This document shows, one piece after another, positions 50,622-60,630 of a DNA stretch of 64,000 nt. Within the stretch, counting starts at the first letter, position 1, and the number at the start of each line of letters is the position of its first letter. This DNA is from Candidatus Acidiferrum sp. (GTDB lineage Bacteria > Acidobacteriota > Terriglobia > Acidiferrales > UBA7541). The position numbers and the translations under genes are program-made. The DNA is taken from contig DATGEI010000019.1 of the NCBI GenBank assembly GCA_035310365.1, positions 27,784-91,783 on the forward strand, written 5' to 3'. The notes under the pieces are model-generated. The model searched no databases and was not told where the DNA came from. It saw only the letters and a program-made list of their open reading frames with translations.

Positions 50622-53600
50622 ATGACTCTCCCGTTTCTGGTGCATTCAGGTGTTTCCGCTTCGCGTTGTTCAAATTTTAATCCCTTGTTGATTTTTCGGC
50701 GCGCCGCGCGACTCGCACTCTCGCTCTCCGCGCTTGTACTGGCTCTCGCGTCGCCGCTTTTCGCGCAGGTCAACGTCCTCACGCAACACTACGATAATTC
50801 CCGCACCGGCGCCAACACCAGCGAAACCGTTCTCACTCCCGCCAACGTCGCCTCCACCAACTTCGGCAAGCTCTTCGCCAATCCCGTCGACGGCCGCATC
50901 TACGCTCAACCGCTTTACGTCCAGGGCCTCGCCATTCCCGGCAAGGGCACCCACAACGTCGTCTTCGTCGCCACCGAACACGACAGCGTATACGCCTTCG
51001 ACGCCGACACCGCCGGTGCGCCTCTCTGGCGAATCACTCTTCTTGACTCCGCTCACGGTGCGCCGGCCGGCGCCACCACCGTTCCCAATGGCGACGTCTC
51101 CTCAACCGATATCGTCCCCGAAATCGGCATCACCGGCACCCCCGTCATCGACCTCTCCACCAACACCTTGTACGTCGTCGGCAAAACCAAAGAAGGCACG
51201 ACGTATGTGCAGCGCCTTCACGCCCTCGACATCACCACCGGCGCGGAAAAATTCGCCGGCCCTGTCGCCCTTTCCGCCACCGTTTCCGGTACCGGCAATG
51301 GCAGCTTGAATTCCGTCTTAGCCTGGGATCCCAAATGGGAAAACAATCGCCCCGGGCTTCTTCTTCTCAATGGCATCGTCTACATCGGTTACGCATCCCA
51401 CGGTGACAACGGCCCTTGGCACGGTTGGATTCTCGCCTACAACGCCACCACTCTCGCTCAACGCGCCGTCTATTGCCCCACTCCCAACGGCACCGGTGGC
51501 GGCATCTGGATGTCGGGCGACGGCCTCGCCGCCGACGTCATCGACCCCGTCAACGCTCCTTTTGGCCGCATGTTCATTCCCACCGGCAACGGCTCTTTCA
51601 ACGCCACCACCCCGTACAACAACACCATGAGCTTCAGCGACGACCACGTTCGCCTCGATCTCACGACACCTATCTCCGCTCCCGTCACCGGTTCCCAAAA
51701 TCCCGCCAGTTTTCCTCTTCAACTTCCCGTCATCGATTCCTTCACTCCATCGAATCAGGCTACTCTGAATAGCCAAGACAAAGACGTCGCCTCCGGCGGC
51801 ATTCTCCTTCTCCCCGATCAGCCCGGCGCGCACCCTCATCTCCTCATTCAAGTCGGCAAAGAAGGAAAAATCTACGTCATCAATCGCGACAACATGGGCG
51901 GCTTCAACAGCGCCACCGACAACGCCCTCCAGGAAGTCACCGCCGTCAACGGCCACTGGGCAAGTCCCGCCTATTGGAATGGCAACGTCTACTTCGGCGG
52001 CAGCAGCGACAACATTAAATTAATTCCCATCACCAACGGCGTTCTCGCTTCCACTTGGACCTCCCGTTCTCCTACCGGCTACCCGTTTCCCGGCGCTTCT
52101 CCCAGCATCTCCGCAAACGGCACGACCAACGGCATCGCCTGGGCCGTCGACACATCCGCATACTCCTCTAGCGGCAACGCCATTCTCCACGCCTACGACG
52201 CCACCAATCTCGCCTCGCAACTTTTCACGAGTTCCGCCATTTCATCGAACACCGCCGGCATCGCCACCAAATTCGTCTTCCCCATTGTCGCCAACGGTAA
52301 AGTCTACTTAGGCACCGCCAATGAACTCGACGTTTACGGCCTCGGCGGACCCGCCACCCCCACCGCAACGCCTCTCATCAGCCCTTCGTCGCAATCGTTC
52401 ACCGGCACCCTTTCCGTCACCATCACGGACAGCACCGCCGGCTCGTCCATCTTCTACACGACGGACGGTTCGACCCCCACCACGGCTTCTACCCCTTACA
52501 CCGGCGCCATCTCCGTCACCTCCTCGCAAACCATCAAGGCCATTGCCACCGCCACCGGTTTCACGCAAAGTCCCGTCGCCAGCCAGACCTACACTCTGCA
52601 AAATCAGGCCGTCGCTCCGACGTTCACTCCCGCCGGCGGCACTTACGCTTCAACGCAATCCGTCTCACTCTCCAGCTCCACGACCGGCGCGAAAATCTAT
52701 TTCACCACCGACGGCACCACTCCCTCACCCGGCGTCGGCACAACGCAGCTTTACTCCGCTCCCATCTCCGTCGCCGTTTCCGAAACCATCAACGCCATCG
52801 CTACCGCCACCAATTTCACCAATAGCCCCGTCGCTTCCGCTTCATACACCATCGCCTCCAGCGGTACCGGCTCCAATTTCGTCAACGGCTTCGCCAGCTC
52901 TACCGCCGTGATGACCTTCAACGGCAGCACCGGCCTCGCCGACACTCGTCTCCAGCTCACCGACGGCGGCCTCAACGAAGCGGGCAGCGCCTGGTACAAC
53001 ACCGCACTCAACATTCAGGGCTTTACCAGCGATTTCAGCTTCCAGCTCGCAAATCCAAGCGGCGAAGGCATCACGTTCACCATTCAAAATGCGGGCCTCA
53101 CCGCTCTCGGCCCCACCGGCGGCGGTCTCGGCTTCGGCCCCAACGCTCCCGGCAATCCTCCCGGCATTCCGACGAGCGTCGCCGTCAAATTCGATCTTGT
53201 TGACAACGCAGGCGAAGGCGCGAACTCCACCGGCCTTTACACCAACGGCGCATCGCCGACCACGCCGGCAATCGATCTCACTCCTTCCGGCATTAATCTC
53301 CACAGCGGCGACACTTTCAACATCCACATGGTCTACGACGGCACCACGCTCACCATGACCATCACCGACGGCGTCACCAACGCCACCTTCACCACAAGTT
53401 GGACGATCAATATCCCGCAAACCGTCGGCGGCAATCTCGCCTACGTGGGTTTCACCGGTGGAACAAGCTCCCTCACTTCCAGCCAAAAAATTGAAACTTG
53501 GACCTTCACCAGCCGGCCGCCCGCTTTGCCCGCCGCCGCCGCTCCCACGTTCAGTCTCGCCGCCGGCACTTATCTCAACGCACAGAGCGTCACTCTTTCT

Positions 53601-56600
53601 GACGCCACCTCCGGCGCCACGATCTTCTACACTCTCAACGGCACCACTCCCGGCACCTCCGTCGGCGGCTCCACCTTCCAATACTCGACCGCAATCTCCG
53701 TCAGCTCATCGGAAACGATCAAAGCCATCGCCACCGCTCCAAATTTCTCCACGAGCCCCGTCGCCTCCGCCGCCTACGTCATCGAAACCCAGGCCGCTGC
53801 GCCGACGTTCTCTCCCGCTCCCGGAACCTACGTCGCCGCGCAAAATGTCACGCTCGCTAGCACCTCCTCCGGCGCGCTCATTTTTTACACACTTGACGGA
53901 ACCACTCCCAATACCAGCGTCGGCGGCTCCACGTTCCAATACACTTCACCCATTTCCGTCAGCGCCACCACCACCATCAAAGCCATCGCCACCGCTTCCG
54001 GCTTCTTCGCCAGCAACGTCTCTTCCGGCACCTACACCATCAACCTCAACGGTTCCGGCTCCATCAATTTCGGCAGCGGTTTCACCACTGGCAGCATGAT
54101 CCTCAACGGCCAACCCACTATTAGCGGCACGCGCCTCCGCGTCATGGACGGCAATTTCAACGAACACAGCGCCGCGTGGTTCGGTACCCTCACCAACGCT
54201 TCCGCCTTCACCAACGATTTCAGCTTCCAGCTCACCGGCGGCACCTCTCCCACCGGCGACGGCTTCATGTTCGTCATTCAAAACTCCGGCACCACCGCTC
54301 TCGGTCCCGTCGGCGGCGGCCTCGGTTACGGCCCCGACAATCCTTCCAAAACCGATCCATCCAGTATCCTCAAGAGCGTCGGTATCAAATTCGACCTCTA
54401 CAGCAACAACGGCGAAGGCATCAATTCCACCGGCCTCTATCTGAACGGCGCTTCGCCCACCACCCCCGCCGTCTCTTTGCCTTCCACCATCAATCTCCAT
54501 TCCACCGATACATTCAACGTCCACATGGTCTACGACGGCGCCACGCTCACCATGACCATCACCGACGCCGTCACCGCCGCCAGCTTCACCACAAGTTGGA
54601 CCGTCAATATTCCCGCCGCGCTCGGCTCGAGCAATGGTTATATGGGCTTCACCGGCGGCTCTGGTGGGTTCGCCGTCATCGCCGATGTCATCTCTTGGAC
54701 GTACTCCGCTTCCGGCACAACCGCGCAAACCGCGCCTCCAACTTTCTCTCCCGTGGGTGGAACGTACACAACCACGCAATCCGTTGCGCTCAGCGACACG
54801 ACCACCGGCGCAAGCATCTTCTACACTCTCGACGGCACCACGCCGAACACCACCGCCGGCGGCTCCACTTTCCAATACTCCACGCCCATCAGCATCAGTT
54901 CAAACACCACCATCACCGCCGTTGCCATTGCTTCCGGCTTCTCCAAAAGTGCCACCGCCTCCGCCGCTTACGTCATCCAAACGCCCGCGGCTCCTCCCAC
55001 GTTCTCTCCCGCCGCCGGCACTTACGCCTCGGCCCAGAACGTCGCCATCAGCGACACAACCGCCGGCGCCACGATTTTCTACACACTCGACGGCACCACG
55101 CCGAACACATCCGTCGGCGGTTCCACGCTTCAATACTCCTCTCCGATTAGCGTCAGTTCGAACGAGACAATCACCGCAATCGCCACCGCGCCTGGCTTCT
55201 CGAAAAGCGCCACCAGTTCCGCGGCGTACGTCATCAATTTGCCCGCGGCCGCAACCCCCACGTTCTCTCCTGTCGCCGGCACGTACACGGCCGTGCAGAC
55301 CGTGACACTCTCGGACGCCACCGCCGCCGCTACGATTTACTACACGACGAACGGCACCACTCCCACCACGGCCTCGACCGTTTATTCCGGTCCCATCGCC
55401 GTCAACTCCACCACCACCATCAACGCCATCGCCACCGCTTCCGGCTTCACGCAAAGCGCCGTCGGCAGCGCCTCGTACACCATCAATCTTCCAGCCACCG
55501 CCACGCCAACCTTCTCCCCCGTCGCCGGCACCTACACCACCACGCAATCCGTCGCCATCAGCGACACCACAACCGGCGCCGCCATCTACTACACGACGAA
55601 CGGCACCACTCCCACCACTTCCTCCACGAAGTACACGGCGCCAATCACGGTCAGCGCCAACACCACCATCAACGCCATCGCGCTCGCTTCCGGTTTTTCG
55701 CAAAGCGCCGTCGCAACCGCTGCTTATACAATCACTCCGCCCGCCGCAACTCCGACGTTCTCTCCCGCCGCGGGAACTTATACGACCACGCAGTCCGTCA
55801 CCATCAGCGACACGACCGCCGGCTCATCCATCTTCTTCACCACCGATGGCACCACGCCGACAACTGCTTCCACGAAATACACCGCGCCCATCGCCGTCAG
55901 TTCCAACACCACCCTCAACGCCATCGCCACCGCGCCAAACTTCACGCAAAGCGCCGTCGCCAGCGCCGTTTACACCATCACTCCGCCCGCCGCCACGCCA
56001 ACGTTCACGCCCGCGCCGGGCTCCTACGCCTCCGCGCAGAACGTCGCCATCAACGACGCGACCTCCGGTGCCACGATTTACTTCACGACAAATGGCACTG
56101 CGCCGACGACCTCCTCTACCGTCTACTCCGGCCCCATCGCTGTCGGCGCCAACACCACCATCAACGCCATCGCCACGGCTCCCGGCTTCACGCAAAGCGC
56201 CGTCGCCTCCGGTTTCTATGCCATCGGCTCCACTCCTTCGATCAACCTTACCGGCGGCTTTCCCGGTGCGCCTCTCGGCCTAAAAGGCAGTGCGGCTCTC
56301 GTTGGCTCCGCTCTTCGCGTGACAAGCGGCGTAGGCCAGGCCGGCGCCGGTTGGTATGGCCAGCCTGTGAACATCACGTCGTTCACCACGGACTTCAACT
56401 TCCAGATTTCGCCGGGCAGCGCAACTCTCGCCGACGGGATTGCGTTCGTCATCCAGAACACGGGCCTTACGGCACTCGGTCCGCAAGGTGGCGGCCTCGG
56501 CTACGGCGGCACCACCGGCGGCATCGGCAAAAGCGTCGCCGTGAAGTTCGACATATTCAATAACGCCGGCGAGGGCGCGGACTCCACTGGCATCTACACG

Positions 56601-57299
56601 AACGGCGCTGCTCCCACCATTCCCGCCGTGGACATGACCGCTTCTGGCGTCGACCCCAAGAGCACCCACGTCATGAAAGTCCACATGGTCTACGATGGCA
56701 CCACGTTGACGATGACCATTACCGACGCCACCACCAACGCAACCTTCACCACATCGTGGCCCATCAATATCGCCACCACCGTCGGCGCCAGCACCGCGTA
56801 CGTCGGCTTCACCGGCGGCACCGGCGGCAACAGCGCCATTCAGGATGTTCTCTCCTGGTCATTCTCTTCCAATCCCGTCAAAACGCCAATCACGTATGAA
56901 ACCGTGAACCTGCCTTTCGTCAGTTCCGGCCCGTCTTTCGCCAAGCTTTACTATTCCGGCTTCCCGGATGGCATTGGCACGCTGCTCGGCTCCTCCAAAA
57001 TCGGCGACAACGTCAGCTTGACGCTCAACGTTCCCGCCGCCGGCGTCTATGACGTCATGGTCGGCGAGAAAACCACCACCTCCCGCGGCATCTTCCAGCT
57101 CAGCGTCAACGGCGCAATCGTCGGCCCCGTCAGCGACGAATATTCCAATACGACCGGCACATTCGCCACCGTCGATCTCGGCACCGTCACCGTCACGTCG
57201 CCCGGTCCGCAAACCTTCAAATTCACCATCGCCGGCAAGAACCCCGCCAGCACCGGGTACGTTCTCGCACTCGACGACATCACCCTGACGCCGCAATAA
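50622..57299 (+). CDS. Giant secreted protein: PQQ-like beta-propeller, ten Fn3-associated/chitobiase-C repeats, three legume-lectin-like domains, C-terminal CBM-like domain (start uncertain)
   Basis: VLTQHYDNSRTG..ETVLTP propeller start; repeated PTFSP..G.Y...IYYTTNGTTP; three copies of F..DF.FQ..G..F.IQ..VKFD..Y.GFTGG. Confidence 0.88.
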   Translation: MTLPFLVHSGVSASRCSNFNPLLIFRRAARLALSLSALVLALASPLFAQVNVLTQHYDNSRTGANTSETVLTPANVASTNFGKLFANPVDGRIYAQPLYVQGLAIPGKGTHNVVFVATEHDSVYAFDADTAGAPLWRITLLDSAHGAPAGATTVPNGDVSSTDIVPEIGITGTPVIDLSTNTLYVVGKTKEGTTYVQRLHALDITTGAEKFAGPVALSATVSGTGNGSLNSVLAWDPKWENNRPGLLLLNGIVYIGYASHGDNGPWHGWILAYNATTLAQRAVYCPTPNGTGGGIWMSGDGLAADVIDPVNAPFGRMFIPTGNGSFNATTPYNNTMSFSDDHVRLDLTTPISAPVTGSQNPASFPLQLPVIDSFTPSNQATLNSQDKDVASGGILLLPDQPGAHPHLLIQVGKEGKIYVINRDNMGGFNSATDNALQEVTAVNGHWASPAYWNGNVYFGGSSDNIKLIPITNGVLASTWTSRSPTGYPFPGASPSISANGTTNGIAWAVDTSAYSSSGNAILHAYDATNLASQLFTSSAISSNTAGIATKFVFPIVANGKVYLGTANELDVYGLGGPATPTATPLISPSSQSFTGTLSVTITDSTAGSSIFYTTDGSTPTTASTPYTGAISVTSSQTIKAIATATGFTQSPVASQTYTLQNQAVAPTFTPAGGTYASTQSVSLSSSTTGAKIYFTTDGTTPSPGVGTTQLYSAPISVAVSETINAIATATNFTNSPVASASYTIASSGTGSNFVNGFASSTAVMTFNGSTGLADTRLQLTDGGLNEAGSAWYNTALNIQGFTSDFSFQLANPSGEGITFTIQNAGLTALGPTGGGLGFGPNAPGNPPGIPTSVAVKFDLVDNAGEGANSTGLYTNGASPTTPAIDLTPSGINLHSGDTFNIHMVYDGTTLTMTITDGVTNATFTTSWTINIPQTVGGNLAYVGFTGGTSSLTSSQKIETWTFTSRPPALPAAAAPTFSLAAGTYLNAQSVTLSDATSGATIFYTLNGTTPGTSVGGSTFQYSTAISVSSSETIKAIATAPNFSTSPVASAAYVIETQAAAPTFSPAPGTYVAAQNVTLASTSSGALIFYTLDGTTPNTSVGGSTFQYTSPISVSATTTIKAIATASGFFASNVSSGTYTINLNGSGSINFGSGFTTGSMILNGQPTISGTRLRVMDGNFNEHSAAWFGTLTNASAFTNDFSFQLTGGTSPTGDGFMFVIQNSGTTALGPVGGGLGYGPDNPSKTDPSSILKSVGIKFDLYSNNGEGINSTGLYLNGASPTTPAVSLPSTINLHSTDTFNVHMVYDGATLTMTITDAVTAASFTTSWTVNIPAALGSSNGYMGFTGGSGGFAVIADVISWTYSASGTTAQTAPPTFSPVGGTYTTTQSVALSDTTTGASIFYTLDGTTPNTTAGGSTFQYSTPISISSNTTITAVAIASGFSKSATASAAYVIQTPAAPPTFSPAAGTYASAQNVAISDTTAGATIFYTLDGTTPNTSVGGSTLQYSSPISVSSNETITAIATAPGFSKSATSSAAYVINLPAAATPTFSPVAGTYTAVQTVTLSDATAAATIYYTTNGTTPTTASTVYSGPIAVNSTTTINAIATASGFTQSAVGSASYTINLPATATPTFSPVAGTYTTTQSVAISDTTTGAAIYYTTNGTTPTTSSTKYTAPITVSANTTINAIALASGFSQSAVATAAYTITPPAATPTFSPAAGTYTTTQSVTISDTTAGSSIFFTTDGTTPTTASTKYTAPIAVSSNTTLNAIATAPNFTQSAVASAVYTITPPAATPTFTPAPGSYASAQNVAINDATSGATIYFTTNGTAPTTSSTVYSGPIAVGANTTINAIATAPGFTQSAVASGFYAIGSTPSINLTGGFPGAPLGLKGSAALVGSALRVTSGVGQAGAGWYGQPVNITSFTTDFNFQISPGSATLADGIAFVIQNTGLTALGPQGGGLGYGGTTGGIGKSVAVKFDIFNNAGEGADSTGIYTNGAAPTIPAVDMTASGVDPKSTHVMKVHMVYDGTTLTMTITDATTNATFTTSWPINIATTVGASTAYVGFTGGTGGNSAIQDVLSWSFSSNPVKTPITYETVNLPFVSSGPSFAKLYYSGFPDGIGTLLGSSKIGDNVSLTLNVPAAGVYDVMVGEKTTTSRGIFQLSVNGAIVGPVSDEYSNTTGTFATVDLGTVTVTSPGPQTFKFTIAGKNPASTGYVLALDDITLTPQ

Positions 57300-57347
57300 C
57301 CTTCGTTGCGGCCCAATTCGCTTCGCGCGGCAAACCAAACCTTCGCG

Positions 57348-57386
57348 AAAAAAAAGATGGCCGCGAATTCGGCCATCTTTTTTTTT
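57348..57386. terminator. Bidirectional rho-independent terminator
   Basis: A8-GATGGCCG-loop-CGGCCATC-T9. Confidence 0.92.
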
Positions 57387-57438
57387 CGTCCTGAACTCAT
57401 AACATGGTCGATAGCTATGAGGTTATTTATATCTGTTC

Positions 57439-59146
57439 TTGACAATTAACCGCAATGGAACAAACTATGGTTTCTTGACGACCTTAAAAGATCGCAATGC
57501 AAACCAAACCACTCTAGCCCACGACGGAACCACGTTTAATCGTGTCACCAAGGTCACCGATGCCGCTCACCGCGCGAACCTTCACAACGGGATATTCCTA
57601 CGACGCGGCCGCAAACCGCACGGGCTTTGCGGACCCCGAAGGCGGCTCCACCGCGTACGTCTATGACACGCTCATTCGCTTGCAAACGCTCACGCTGCCC
57701 GCAGCCATCAGCGCTGGCTCCTTCGGCTTTTCCTATGATGCGCTTAGCCGCCGCACCAGCCTGACCCGCCCCAACTCCGTCACCACAAGCTACGGCTATG
57801 ACAATTTGTCCCGATTGCTTTCCGTTCTTCACAAGGCGGGAACGACGACTATCGACGGCGCTACCTACACCTTGGACAACGCCGGGAACCGCACCAACCG
57901 CACGCTCCAGCCCTCAGGCGTCTCAACCACCTTTGGCTACGACAACCTTTACCAACTGCTGAGCGCCACCCAGGGCGGAGCCGCCACGGAAACCTATGCC
58001 TACGATGCCGTCGGAAACCGTCTGAGCTCGCTAGCGGGGAGCTATGGTTACAACAATTCCAACGAAATGAACTCCGCTCCCGGCGCTAGCTTCACGTACG
58101 ACAACAGCGGCAACACCCTCTCCAAAACCGACTCCACTGGAACGACCAACTACACCTGGGACTTCGAGAACCGCCTCACCAGCGTGACCTTGCCCGGCAC
58201 GGCAGGCACCGTCAGCTTCAAGTACGATCCCTTCGGTCGCCGCATTTATAAATCATCGTCGTCGGGCACGACGATCTTTGCCTATGATGCTGACAACCTA
58301 ATCGAGGAAGCTGATTCGTTGGGTGCTGCGGTCGCACGCTATTCGCAGGGACTCAACATCGACGAACCTCTGGCCATGCTCCGCAGCTCCGCAACTAGCT
58401 TTTATAACGCAGACGGCCTCGGCTCCGTCTCTTCACTAAGCAACAACGCTGGATCGCTCGCCCAGACTTATGGTTACGATTCGTTTGGGAAGCAGACTGC
58501 GGCAAGCGGCACGCTCGTGAACACGTTCCAGTACACGGCGCGAGAATCTGATATAGAAACTGGGCTGTACTACTATCGCGCCAGATACTACGACACGGCC
58601 AATGGCAGATTCTTATCCGAAGACCCAGTCGGCTATGATGGGGACGGCGTAAACTTCTATGCCTACGTTCGTGGTAACCCCATCAACTGGATCGACGCCT
58701 TTGGACTATTGGCAGAATTGTACTGCGAATCTATCCCATCAACTCGAGGTGGAGGTTCTGGCAATTTAAACGGCATCAAAAACGGTGCTGCATTGCTCCT
58801 CGCGAGGGCGCATCACTGCTATATTAGGGTTAAGTGTAACGGTCTGGATGAGACGATTGAACTTGGAGGCCCGAACGGGAACGAAAAATACGGGCACCCA
58901 TTGCGAAACACTTTCAATGCTAAGCGAGGCGGTATTCGAACACCGATTAAATCGCCTGGCGGGCAGAATTGTTGCCAGTTCGAGGATCGTTTGCTGAAAG
59001 CGTTTAAGCAATTTAGCCAGAACTTGCCCGAGTATCATGGCTACCCCGGACCAAACAGCAACACATTTGCTTTTCAGATCATAACCTCTGCCGGGGGAGA
59101 CGTGGAGTTCCCGAACACAGCGTACGGTTCGGATTACCTGCCTTGA
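57439..59146 (+). pseudogene. N-terminally truncated (orphan) Rhs protein with C-terminal toxin domain; frameshift near 57565
   Basis: YD repeats, ETGLYYYRARYYD..GRFLSEDP core and YAYVRGNPINWIDAFG; upstream frame 57439 carries an extra Rhs-like repeat (LTTLKDRNANQTT..RVTKVTDA). Confidence 0.85.
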
Positions 59147-59160
59147 TTCGGGTATTCGAA

Positions 59161-59481
59161 ATGAAACGACTCCTTTTCGCTTACGGGATTGGGCTGGCTA
59201 CTTGTGCCATCACAATTTCAATCGCAAATCGTCCTAATCTTAATCATTTCAGTTTTCTTTATGCCGCTCTACTAGGGGTGTCGTCCGGGGCCGCCGACCT
59301 AAGGAACAAACACCTATCGGCTACGCATGTCATTTTCGCGATCGCAATGGTTTCTATGCTGTTTGTTCTTGCCGAGGCGCTTCGCTCTCGTCGAGGTTCT
59401 TGGCTCCGCTGGGTGGGTTACGGGCTGTGGGCCTTGCTTATAGCCGCCGCACTCTTTTGGTTCACGCCACCAAATATATGA
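59161..59481 (+). CDS. Small multi-TM protein, putative cognate immunity protein
   Basis: 14 bp after the Rhs stop; AT-rich; three to four hydrophobic segments. Confidence 0.6.
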   Translation: MKRLLFAYGIGLATCAITISIANRPNLNHFSFLYAALLGVSSGAADLRNKHLSATHVIFAIAMVSMLFVLAEALRSRRGSWLRWVGYGLWALLIAAALFWFTPPNI

Positions 59482-59787
59482 ACACACACTGCCTGGCAAG
59501 CAATCGCAGGTGGAATTAGACTAATGTTGATCTACCCGCTAGCTCTGTGCACGGAATCATACGACGCTTACATCACCTGAACTCATGACTTACACCTCTT
59601 TCCGTTCTTCGCATTACCGCGTTCTACGGAATGTGCCAATAGCAGGTAGCTGGTTCATCGCGGTACAGCTTTCGAAAGCTGGCTGGTCTTGGTGTTCTGC
59701 GGTCTCCAGTAAAACGCTGAAAAATCATGTGTTAGCCGTCTTGGCGCAGGCCTGATTGGCACCGCCCGTGCCCTTGTCTCCCCCGGC

Positions 59788-60276
59788 ATGGAATCGACCC
59801 ACAAGCTGCGCGATCGGACATCGTGCGAAGGCCCCGAAGGCATTCACCCGTTGCGCATCCTCGTCGTGGATGATTCCGCGATTTCGCGCAAGCTGGCGGA
59901 ATACGCGTTCGAAGGAAAGCCGTATGACGTTTCGTTCGCCGAGGACGGAAGGCGCGCGCTGCAACGGATAAGCCAACGAAACCCCGATCCCGATATCGTC
60001 ATCACCGACTGGTTGATGCCGGACCTTTCCGGCACCGACCTCTGCCGGCTAATTCGCCAGAAACTGCAGCGCAAAGACATTTACCTCGTCCTGTTGACAA
60101 GCAATTCCGACCAAAGGGATATAGCAAAGGGCATGGCATCGGGAGCCGATGGCTACCTGACAAAACCGCTGCAAGCGGACAAACTTTTCGCGGAGATTCA
60201 CATGGCACGCGCCGTCATCAAAGCCCGACGCAGCGGCAACCCCCACGCCATGCCCATCCCTCGTTCCACCACTTGA
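59788..60276 (+). CDS. Single-domain response regulator
   Basis: ILVVDDS, ITDWLMP, LLTS and YLTKP motifs. Confidence 0.88.
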   Translation: MESTHKLRDRTSCEGPEGIHPLRILVVDDSAISRKLAEYAFEGKPYDVSFAEDGRRALQRISQRNPDPDIVITDWLMPDLSGTDLCRLIRQKLQRKDIYLVLLTSNSDQRDIAKGMASGADGYLTKPLQADKLFAEIHMARAVIKARRSGNPHAMPIPRSTT

Positions 60277-60285
60277 CCGCTCGCT

Positions 60286-60630
60286 TTATCCCGGCGGCCA
60301 GTGAAAATCTCTTCCGCCGAGTAGATGCATGTGCAGATGAAAAACAGTTTGTCCCGCGCCTGCTCCGGTGTTGACCACCGTTCGATAGCCCGCTTCCAGC
60401 TTTCGTTCGCGCGCCAGCGCCGCCGCCGCAAGCGACATCTTCCCCAGCACGGCCTGGTCTTCCGGGCTCGCCTCATGCAGCGACGCAAAATGTTTTTTCG
60501 GGCAGATCAAGATGTGCGTCGGCGCTTGCGGGCTGATGTCCGCGAACGCAAATACGTCCGCGTCTTCATACAAAATCTTCGCGGGAATCTGCTTTGCCGC
60601 AATTTTGCAGAACAAACAATCGGCGCTCAT
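60286..60630 (-). CDS. hinT: Histidine triad nucleotide-binding protein
   Basis: DCLFCKI, DISPQAPTH and AGQTVFHLHMH motifs. Confidence 0.95.
   Translation of the reverse strand: MSADCLFCKIAAKQIPAKILYEDADVFAFADISPQAPTHILICPKKHFASLHEASPEDQAVLGKMSLAAAALARERKLEAGYRTVVNTGAGAGQTVFHLHMHLLGGRDFHWPPG

Larger units (their letters stand above)
57390..59589. repeat. Direct repeat pair bounding the Rhs/immunity cassette
   Basis: CCTGAACTCATAAC (57390-57403) and CCTGAACTCATGAC (59576-59589), 13/14 identical. Confidence 0.5.

Noticed and set aside
54725-56225. Tandem DNA repeats as a possible CRISPR or satellite array
   Set aside because: They are degenerate in-frame protein domain repeats of about 240 bp with no constant repeat-spacer structure
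59500-59740. Integron attC-like site after the immunity gene
   Set aside because: Isolated GTTAGCC with no matching inverse core or paired stem
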